DNA of 30,609 nucleotides, from IMG/VR virus record IMGVR_UViG_3300020042_001307, positions 1-30,609 of that record. One strand, 5' to 3'. This document shows positions 23,605 to 30,609 of the stretch, piece after piece; the stretch's first letter is position 1, and every line of letters starts with the position of its first letter. Source of the DNA: a virus (Duplodnaviria > Caudoviricetes). The translations under genes and the position numbers were made by a program. The notes below the pieces were generated by a model. That model did no database searches. It had not been told where the DNA came from and worked only from the letters and a program-made list of their open reading frames with translations.

Positions 23605-24923
23605 TATCTAATCCCTAAACGCTGGTTAATTTGTGCTGCTCTTGGGTCTGTAGGGTTTTTTCTAGCCCAGTTAAACGCTTCTTTATCTTGAGCATTTAAA
23701 CCTTGTGAGAAGGTTACAGGGTCAATAGTTTGCTTACCTTTAAAGAATGTTTGTTTAGTGGTTACAGGCCCAGCTAAATCAATGCTATCCCAATTGCCTT
23801 GTGGGTAATATTTTTTATTTAAATCAATTAATGTATTAAGGGCAGACATACGGCTTGAAATTGTTTTATTTGAGTTGCCTAAATTACCAGCAGCAGCCCT
23901 GTATGCTTCTGTATCTTTGTCAGATTGTGGGCCTTCAAAACGTGGTACTTGTGCAGTAAGTTTTTCACCCAAAATTGTTAATTTAGCATCGGCATCAGCA
24001 GCTTGAGTAGGAATATTAAAAAACTCAGTAACACCAGTTCCAATGTTTTGAAAACCACCTGATGTTGGTCTTCCAGTATTAAATATGTCTGCTGCATCTT
24101 TAATAACATTAAATGAATCTTGAGCGTTTTTAAGATTTTTATTTAAATCTGCATAAAATTTAACTGCTAATTCTTGGTTAGCTTTTGGAGATAAAGCTGG
24201 GTTGTTTACATATTGCGATTGTGTATTTGGTACTATTGTGTTGCTAACTTGTTGTGCAGGTGCATTACCTACTGGCATACCACCAGCAGCAGGAACATTG
24301 CCCATAGGCATACCACCACCAGTTCCACCAGTTATACCTTCGAATTGCATCCTAGCAGCATCAGCAGGGCTTACAGATTTAGGAATACGCTGCAATACGA
24401 CTGTAGGATTGTTAGGATCACGCAATTCAATGGCCGTACCCGTATCTATTTGTAATGGCGCACGGGGCTTTCCAGCACCAGTAAATACAGGCTTCATAGT
24501 TCTTGGGTCAATTAAAGTGTCTTCTACGCCTACTTTTATTGGGCCTTCATTCATCTTAGTAAAGGCAAATTGTCTTTGTGCGGCACTTGCTCTTGGATCA
24601 GCATAAAGATTTGCATAATCAACATTTCCAGCTTCTTTTCGTTGCATAAAGTCAGCCATAGCAGAAGTTTCGTCTGCTCTTAATCGTTTAGCTAAATCTA
24701 ATTGGGCTTGCTCTGCTCTTTCAACACCTCTTTGACCCATGTACAAATTTGCTAAATTACCAAGGTTTTGAAATATGCTAGGGGCAACATAACGACCACT
24801 AATCATTTGACCTTGTGGCTGTTGCATACCTTGTTGCATTAACATTTCAGCCATCTTTTGCTGGCGTAAAATCTGTTGCTGTTGCAACATCTGTTCGGGG
24901 TTTAGTGTTCCAATGTCAGCCAT
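23604..24923 (-). CDS. Internal virion / DNA ejection protein (putative)
   Basis: 439 aa, Q/M-rich N-terminus, VPRFEGPQSDKD motif, ejection-module position. Confidence 0.62.
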   Translation of the reverse strand: MADIGTLNPEQMLQQQQILRQQKMAEMLMQQGMQQPQGQMISGRYVAPSIFQNLGNLANLYMGQRGVERAEQAQLDLAKRLRADETSAMADFMQRKEAGNVDYANLYADPRASAAQRQFAFTKMNEGPIKVGVEDTLIDPRTMKPVFTGAGKPRAPLQIDTGTAIELRDPNNPTVVLQRIPKSVSPADAARMQFEGITGGTGGGMPMGNVPAAGGMPVGNAPAQQVSNTIVPNTQSQYVNNPALSPKANQELAVKFYADLNKNLKNAQDSFNVIKDAADIFNTGRPTSGGFQNIGTGVTEFFNIPTQAADADAKLTILGEKLTAQVPRFEGPQSDKDTEAYRAAAGNLGNSNKTISSRMSALNTLIDLNKKYYPQGNWDSIDLAGPVTTKQTFFKGKQTIDPVTFSQGLNAQDKEAFNWARKNPTDPRAAQINQRLGIR

Positions 24924-24925
24924 GA

Positions 24926-25258
24926 TTAATCCATTCCTGTGGTCATTGTTGATACTTGACCTTGACCAAATCCACCGTACACATTTTCAGAACCGTATTG
25001 CATTATTGCTGGAATAGAACTAGCGTAAACACCCATTTTGCTTCCTAAACTTTGTGGGTCTTTGTTACGCAACATTTGTGCTAAAACCATTGGGTTCATA
25101 CCGCCACCACCTTGACTTTGACCAGCTTGGTTTACTAACTGATTCTGCTGTGCAAGTGCCGCTGCTTGATTAGCTTGTTGCTGACCAAAGTTCTGAAATA
25201 CAGGCTGCAATCCGCTGACATCTTGCATTGGCTGTGGGGGAAGAATGTATGGGTTCAT
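24926..25258 (-). CDS. Small Q/G-rich internal virion protein (putative)
   Basis: 110 aa, low complexity, ATGA-coupled. Confidence 0.62.
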   Translation of the reverse strand: MNPYILPPQPMQDVSGLQPVFQNFGQQQANQAAALAQQNQLVNQAGQSQGGGGMNPMVLAQMLRNKDPQSLGSKMGVYASSIPAIMQYGSENVYGGFGQGQVSTMTTGMD

Positions 25259-26280
25259 AATTGTCCGTAATCTACGGCTTTATAGCCGTTATCAAGGGTT
25301 ATTACAGCATTGGGGTACATAGCCTCTACTTCGTGTGCCATCACGCCTGTGTGCGTTCCATGACCTGCTAGTGGGTGATCCTTAAATTCTTCTTTGTACT
25401 CGTATGTATATACGGGTAAACCATTAGGTAGCCAAGCAATGTGCTTAATGTTTTCTTTAGTGCGAATGTCAGACATTAGTGCTGCACCGCCAAGACTAAA
25501 TAAACCTTGAGTCATTGCATTATTAGCAGCATTTTGAGCATTAGCCGCACCCATTTGGGCGTTGTAGCCCATCTGCGTTGCACCTAAAATATCAGCACCA
25601 GCCGTATTTGCTTGCATAGCAGGGTTTACAAAACTAGGGCCTTGTACTTGCGCTCCAGTTCTAACAGCACTTAATGTATTAAGCGGCTCATTACGCAAAT
25701 ATGCTTGTTCTTGCAAAGCGGATTGACGGGCTTGCTGACCAACGCCAAAACCTTGTGTCGTAGCGGCAGCCAATAAATCGTTTTCACGCTGAGATTGAGC
25801 CATCATAGCTCTGTTATAGGCTTCTGAACCTACAGGAATGCCTTGATTTGCTAGTTTTACATCCAATGTTTCACGACCTTGCTGGATTTGAGGGGCAAGG
25901 CGTTGCATATAGGCATCTTGGTACGACTGACTAGGATTAAACCCTGTAGTCGGTAACTGGCTTACATCAAACGGGTTTTCCAGCATATTGCTGACATAAC
26001 CCAAGCCTTTTTGCGTTAAATTGCCAAGACCTAAACTCGTTTGATTTTGGTAATCTAGTAACTGTTGTTGGGTAGGAGCAAGGGATTGCGTGGAAGACCA
26101 AGTAGGGTTGCCATAGGGGTCTTCACCTGAAATCTTGTATTCAAGCGATCCATAAGGTGTGTATTGGTTTACACGATTGGCAGCAATGTTGGCACGGGCA
26201 GCTTCTAAGTTGCCTGCCGAAGTTTCTTTTGCCGCACCTATGTAATCGGGTGGCGGTGGCGCACTAGCCGACTTTCCCAT
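25255..26280 (-). CDS. Ejection/pilot-like protein with C-terminal peptidase S74-like autocleaving chaperone domain
   Basis: MGKSASAPPPPDY start, Q/A/N-rich body, then SDIRTKENI...GVMAHEV...VDY. Confidence 0.75.
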   Translation of the reverse strand: MGKSASAPPPPDYIGAAKETSAGNLEAARANIAANRVNQYTPYGSLEYKISGEDPYGNPTWSSTQSLAPTQQQLLDYQNQTSLGLGNLTQKGLGYVSNMLENPFDVSQLPTTGFNPSQSYQDAYMQRLAPQIQQGRETLDVKLANQGIPVGSEAYNRAMMAQSQRENDLLAAATTQGFGVGQQARQSALQEQAYLRNEPLNTLSAVRTGAQVQGPSFVNPAMQANTAGADILGATQMGYNAQMGAANAQNAANNAMTQGLFSLGGAALMSDIRTKENIKHIAWLPNGLPVYTYEYKEEFKDHPLAGHGTHTGVMAHEVEAMYPNAVITLDNGYKAVDYGQL

Positions 26281-26677
26281 ATCTTTCTCCTAAAAATCTA
26301 CATTTGTCTTTTGACATTACAAAAAACAACAAATCTCCAGTAGGAAAAACATCAAGTAATCGTGCTTGTTCCTCAAACCCCAATTTCTTGACAAACTCTA
26401 CCGACTTGTCGTTACTACTAATTACGGGGCAAACAATCTTATCTACCCCCAATTGTACAAAAGGATAATCAAAAATGGTATGTAAATATTGCTTATTTAA
26501 CCCGTTTTCTAGGTAAATATGGCAAGTTACTGACCTTTTATTAAAATCCTCATACCAAACTACTGATTCTATTTCATCTGTTACCCAGCCTATTGTGCTG
26601 GAATTCTCAGGTGTCCACACCATGTCTAACTTTTGAGCGATAAATGGCCCTAACAAATCTTTGTCAAAACATAGCAA
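26264..26677 (-). CDS. GNAT-fold virion-module protein
   Basis: 137 aa. FDYPFVQLG...N.KS..FVKKLGFE.. GNAT C-terminal motif. Follows the tail hub gene. Confidence 0.75.
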   Translation of the reverse strand: MLCFDKDLLGPFIAQKLDMVWTPENSSTIGWVTDEIESVVWYEDFNKRSVTCHIYLENGLNKQYLHTIFDYPFVQLGVDKIVCPVISSNDKSVEFVKKLGFEEQARLLDVFPTGDLLFFVMSKDKCRFLGERYGKVG

Positions 26678-28450
26678 TTACAGTACGCCCCCAGTTTCCA
26701 TTACATAATCCGTACTAGCCCAATGAAACTCAACACCTTGCGATGCCACATTTATGTTAATTGATCCAGCAAACCCTGTACCTGAAACCCCTTGCCAAAA
26801 TTTAGTAGTAGTCAAATTGCCACCCCAGTTAGCGTCATCCCACAAGGCTGTGTCCCAAATCGCAACATCTAATGTGGCAGGGTTAAAGGCTATTTGATTG
26901 GTTAAAGGTACTGTATCAAAATCGGTGCTAATACCGCATAGAACAGTCGGCAAGCCGTTATCGGTCTGTAGTATAGGGCGTACTAGCGTAAAGCGTTTAA
27001 GTTGCCCACGAGTATCAAAATAGCTATAGGCTTGCTGTGCAGTTGCAACAATATTTGAACCGTTATCAGAAGGCTGGGAATAAAACTCTCCGACAAAGCC
27101 GTTAGCCCCAAAGTAAATCTTGTTATTTCCTGATACTTCCCAGCAAATAGCGTTTATTCCTGTAAATCTTGCCCATGACTTAGTGATCGTGTGCATCACA
27201 TACTGTTCATACCCTGTGCCAGTAGGTATGTTCAAAATAAGCATATTTTCACTAGCAAAATAGTTAATCTGCCAGCCAAATTCAGCGTAATAAACAGTAG
27301 CCGCTTGGCTTACAGCAAAGAAAATTTTATCTGTGAGGTAAATTCGTGGGTCTAGGCGTGAAGATTGAAGTGCGCCAGCCATCGGTACTAGACCGTCTTG
27401 GGTTAGCAATAACAGATCACCGCCAAACTTAAAAAAGCACCTACGGCTAAAGGTTTGACCTAGTTGCCATACACCGACCTCACTCCAAGCATTAGGATCG
27501 CTGGGGTTTGTACCTTTGTAAACGATAACTTCACCCATGCTGGTAACAAAAGCGGATAGATCGTCTACCCCGTAACCAGCGTCTAAAGTCCATGTTCCCA
27601 TTGCTTGCAGGAAACCACCTGAACGGGCTATTGCCCCGAGTGGAAAGTCTAAAGCTGCGCCACCAATGGATTCCACATTCAAATACCAAAAGGTCATGCT
27701 ATCTTTTTGTACGAAAAAGAGCCTGTTTTGGCACATATTGACATTAACAAACACATTGCTGTTTACGCCAGTAATGCCTAAAACGGTATAAGTGCCGACT
27801 ACGGTAGCGTTTGCCGCAGGTGCAGTAGCCATTGTGTAAGTAAATGCGCTTGCACCCGTGACGGTAATAACATAAGTACCGTTGTAATTGGCTTCTGTAG
27901 CACCGCTAATAACAACCCGATTACCTGTTACAAGTCCATGCGGTGCAGCCGTTGTTAGGGTAGCCGTTAAGTTACCTGCGCCACCCCTTGTAATGGTGCT
28001 AATAGTCTGTGCGGTAGATGTAGTTGCCATCCTAAACCAGCGTGTACCGTCATAAACCATTGCGGAATCTTGACCGTTTACCGCAATAATGAAGTTACCG
28101 CCATCGGTAGAAATCATGCAATGCTGGAACTTGCTGTTAGCTAATCCACTAAATGCAACAGTAGCAACAGAAGTAGATGCGTTATAAATAACCCCGTTGG
28201 CTACCGCAAAAAGGGTGTTTGTGCCATCATATCCAGCGTAATTCATTAAGGTTTCTACATTACCCGTAATCCCTGTAGATGCTTGCGAAAAGCCTTTTCT
28301 AAGGGTTACATCGGAAGGCGTAGGAAAAAAGTTGACCAACTGCACCGCATCTAACGGCTGCATTTCAGCTAAAGAATCCCTAGCGTTCCAGCCCCCAATA
28401 GGGGAAGCTAAAGAAGTAGTCTTAGCGGTGTACCTTTTAGGAACTGGCAT
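26678..28450 (-). CDS. Tail hub / DNA stabilisation protein (P22 gp10-like) with an inserted small beta-domain
   Basis: 590 aa, beta-rich. SPIGGWNARD N-terminus, WDTALWD..W C-terminal motif, HGLVTGNRVVISG insert. Confidence 0.72.
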   Translation of the reverse strand: MPVPKRYTAKTTSLASPIGGWNARDSLAEMQPLDAVQLVNFFPTPSDVTLRKGFSQASTGITGNVETLMNYAGYDGTNTLFAVANGVIYNASTSVATVAFSGLANSKFQHCMISTDGGNFIIAVNGQDSAMVYDGTRWFRMATTSTAQTISTITRGGAGNLTATLTTAAPHGLVTGNRVVISGATEANYNGTYVITVTGASAFTYTMATAPAANATVVGTYTVLGITGVNSNVFVNVNMCQNRLFFVQKDSMTFWYLNVESIGGAALDFPLGAIARSGGFLQAMGTWTLDAGYGVDDLSAFVTSMGEVIVYKGTNPSDPNAWSEVGVWQLGQTFSRRCFFKFGGDLLLLTQDGLVPMAGALQSSRLDPRIYLTDKIFFAVSQAATVYYAEFGWQINYFASENMLILNIPTGTGYEQYVMHTITKSWARFTGINAICWEVSGNNKIYFGANGFVGEFYSQPSDNGSNIVATAQQAYSYFDTRGQLKRFTLVRPILQTDNGLPTVLCGISTDFDTVPLTNQIAFNPATLDVAIWDTALWDDANWGGNLTTTKFWQGVSGTGFAGSININVASQGVEFHWASTDYVMETGGVL

Positions 28451-28452
28451 AG

Positions 28453-29358
28453 TTAACTGCCATAACCAGTATCGGGAATGTTAGCAAAACCAATAAGCAC
28501 AGCACTTGGTTGAGGTGCAAACGATAGGGTAGCAGAGCCTTTATCGTTGGCTTTAGCAACGCTTAAATAACGACTGTAGTCTTGTTGCAATGCAGTAGTA
28601 TCAAACGACTTGATTTGGAAGTATTTAAGTTTTGTCAGCAATACGATAATTGCGTCATCTAGTACGGATGTATCGGTATCAACTGTAAAGCTGTTTTTTA
28701 CTGCATCAGCAGCACTTCTAACCCATCCCTTAGAACGGTACTCAAAACCTAAGTATTCAAGGGTATTGTAAGGCGGCCATATCTCAAATTTGTTGCCAAG
28801 AATACGCCAACGAACCCGAGGGCCTGTTGAGATATAACCTGACTTGAGCCATTGCCATTGCTGTGCATCGACTGGGCCAAGCATCTGCCAATGCTTTGTC
28901 TTATCCCAATGCGTGTTATCAGTAATGGTTTCGTAATCAGGCGGCAAGGGGTAAATAGTTTTGCTAAAAGTGACTGTACCGCCTACAGATGTTGCTGAAG
29001 ATAATTGGCTACTATTTAAGCTAGTTGCATTAAGAACTGTATCAACATAAGTATCTTGGGGAACACTTGTACCCACGATGGAATAGGTATTGTCCAAACC
29101 TGCGGTACTCGGAATATTATTTAATAAATAACTATTAATCGTTGTATCGCAGGTTGTAGTGATTGCTGTAGTGTAAAACCTATATTCCAGTTCCAACGCT
29201 TGCCAATTGTGTTCCTTAATCAGGTCGTACCCAGCACGGTTCATTAGCGCAAGAATCTGTTGCACATCTTGGCTAGTGTTCCCTGCTACATAAGTAGGTA
29301 CGGCTAAGTTAAGTTCAGCGGTGACTTGCTGGACAAGTTCAAGCATTGTTGATGACAT
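28453..29358 (-). CDS. Head-tail adaptor (P22 gp4 / tail tubular A-like) with inserted domain
   Basis: 301 aa. TMLELVQ...HNWQAL...YPLPPDY...IWP pattern. Directly upstream of the tail hub gene. Confidence 0.68.
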   Translation of the reverse strand: MSSTMLELVQQVTAELNLAVPTYVAGNTSQDVQQILALMNRAGYDLIKEHNWQALELEYRFYTTAITTTCDTTINSYLLNNIPSTAGLDNTYSIVGTSVPQDTYVDTVLNATSLNSSQLSSATSVGGTVTFSKTIYPLPPDYETITDNTHWDKTKHWQMLGPVDAQQWQWLKSGYISTGPRVRWRILGNKFEIWPPYNTLEYLGFEYRSKGWVRSAADAVKNSFTVDTDTSVLDDAIIVLLTKLKYFQIKSFDTTALQQDYSRYLSVAKANDKGSATLSFAPQPSAVLIGFANIPDTGYGS

Positions 29359-29359
29359 A

Positions 29360-30007
29360 TTAGGCTTCCTCTGTGGCTACCGCTTTCTTACGGGGTTTTT
29401 TCTCACCAACAGCGACAAGTATAGCGGCCATTTGATCTTGCATTTTAGCCAGCTTTGCATCTGTTTCTGCCTTTATTTTAGCAGTTTCTAGTTCCTTTTT
29501 GGCAAGTTCTTCTTTCAAAGCGTTAATTTCATGCTCACGCTTGTCTGTTTCTGCTACCGTTGTTGCTAGATTTAAAAATGCCTTTGCCTTGTCACGAAAC
29601 GAATAGGGTGACATTCCTGCAATCATTCCCATGCGCTGTAACTGCTGATCTGAAGCATTTGCAATAGATTCTACCGTTTGGAACTTAATTGCCCTTAATT
29701 CTTCAGCTTGGCTTTTTGATACTAAAGGCCATTCCGTTATAGGCGTTCCAACCACTTCCTCGTCATGCGCTCCCTGTCTATTCATGTAATTAGCCCATTG
29801 AATAGGGAAACGGGTCTTATGGTTTTGTAACGCATAAGTGTCGATTTCGGTTAGGGTATCGCCAGCAACGCAGATTTGCACAAAGTCAAAGTCTTTGTAG
29901 ATTGGTCTGCCAGCGTCTATGGATTCTTGCTCTTGTTGTACGGATTTCTTGTAAAAGCGTACTTGCAAACGAGCATCTGCTCCTTGTGTATCTGAAGGTA
30001 AAGCCAT
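29360..30007 (-). CDS. Hypothetical head-module protein with C-terminal coiled coil
   Basis: Start placed at ATG 30007 (AGGAG RBS), since the longer track ORF would begin inside the terminator. GTPITEWP and TVESIANASD motifs. Confidence 0.78.
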   Translation of the reverse strand: MALPSDTQGADARLQVRFYKKSVQQEQESIDAGRPIYKDFDFVQICVAGDTLTEIDTYALQNHKTRFPIQWANYMNRQGAHDEEVVGTPITEWPLVSKSQAEELRAIKFQTVESIANASDQQLQRMGMIAGMSPYSFRDKAKAFLNLATTVAETDKREHEINALKEELAKKELETAKIKAETDAKLAKMQDQMAAILVAVGEKKPRKKAVATEEA

Positions 30008-30043
30008 TTTTAATTCTCCTAAGTAGTTAGGTAAAGTTAAAGG

Positions 30044-30074
30044 AAAAAAGGGGTCAGCTTTGTGAGCCAACCCC
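30044..30074 (-). terminator. Rho-independent terminator after capsid and decoration genes
   Basis: GGGGTTGGCT-CACAA-AGCTGACCCC followed by TTTTTT on the minus strand. Confidence 0.85.
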
Positions 30075-30096
30075 CTGTTTTTACTACATTTTGCTA

Positions 30097-30390
30097 TTAA
30101 ACACTAGCTTTGCTGAACCAAGCATAATCGCCTGATGCCATAGAAGCACCTGACAAATATGTACCTGCACCCAAGGTAGCTTGGAATGTAGATGCGTTGA
30201 TTACGCAAGTAGCGGTTGAAGCCGCAATTGCAACACCAGCTTGGGCAAACACATAGCGGAAACCATCTGCGCCAAAAGTTTGCAGACCGAGTGGGCCAAT
30301 AGTTGGAACTGCTACACCAGCAGAGTTTAGGTTGCTGTAAGCATTTTCACCTAAATCTACACCAGCGATGGGAAGAGTTGAATATGACAT
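30097..30390 (-). CDS. Capsid decoration/cement protein (putative)
   Basis: 97 aa, A/G/S-rich, DGFRYVFAQA and GDYAWF motifs. Follows the capsid gene, precedes the terminator, AAGGA RBS. Confidence 0.65.
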   Translation of the reverse strand: MSYSTLPIAGVDLGENAYSNLNSAGVAVPTIGPLGLQTFGADGFRYVFAQAGVAIAASTATCVINASTFQATLGAGTYLSGASMASGDYAWFSKASV

Positions 30391-30418
30391 GATAATTTTC
30401 CTTTAATTAGTCAGTTGA

Positions 30419-30609
30419 TTAAGTGCCTGTCAAGATGCCTTGCAATGAAGCATTAGAGCAAGTAAGGTTACCAGCCCAGCCATACAGCTTCACGATTGCA
30501 TCTTGGTTAATCGATTGACGCTCACCACCGATAGGAACGAAATTACGCTCTTTGTGTGGGCGGAAGAAGATGTAATCGGTGTTCAAGAGGTACATATACA
30601 ATGCGTTCT
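30419..30609 (-). CDS. Major capsid protein, C-terminal fragment (5' part outside the window)
   Basis: YLLNTDYIFFRPH...NQDA.V....WAGNLTCSN...QG matches HK97-fold capsid C-termini. The frame is open to the window edge. Confidence 0.8.
   Translation of the reverse strand, partial: NALYMYLLNTDYIFFRPHKERNFVPIGGERQSINQDAIVKLYGWAGNLTCSNASLQGILTGT

Noticed and set aside
1-30609. tRNA genes, integrase/att site, reverse transcriptase or DGR, alternative genetic code
   Set aside because: No cloverleaf, recombinase or RT motifs or template/variable repeat pair were seen, and genes tile densely under the standard code using all three stop codons.

Overview
The window is most of a tailed dsDNA phage genome (podovirus-like, P22-type virion gene set), probably about 33 kb and circularly permuted. 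The minus-strand late operon runs off the left end (portal, fibre, AFQ-repeat gene) and re-enters at the right end in the C-terminus of the major capsid protein, so the missing part is probably little more than scaffold plus capsid. Minus strand 1-10641: fibre, portal, TerL/TerS, a 575-aa multidomain effector-like protein, small basic proteins, an HNH insert, a ferritin-like protein and a VRR-NUC nuclease. 10697-12030: an oppositely oriented metallophosphoesterase + SprT-like cassette. 12122-16118 (minus): a Cro-led arm with many micro-ORFs, a stand-alone replication-protein domain, DUF5672 and a ~370-nt highly structured non-coding region. 16244-19267 (plus): early arm with SSB-like, exonuclease and lipoprotein genes and a small structured RNA candidate. 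19264-30609 (minus): lysis, tail, ejection, neck and capsid genes. No integrase, CI repressor, helicase, primase, polymerase, tRNA or CRISPR array is visible. A 14-bp operator (TTAAG-N4-CTTAA) marks four sigma70-like promoters and a fifth site before terS. The strongest candidate for an undescribed system is the structured RNA region (14990-15348) at the position normally held by a replication initiator. A freshwater betaproteobacterial host is only my inference from gene style. All family assignments come from motif recognition, not database searches.
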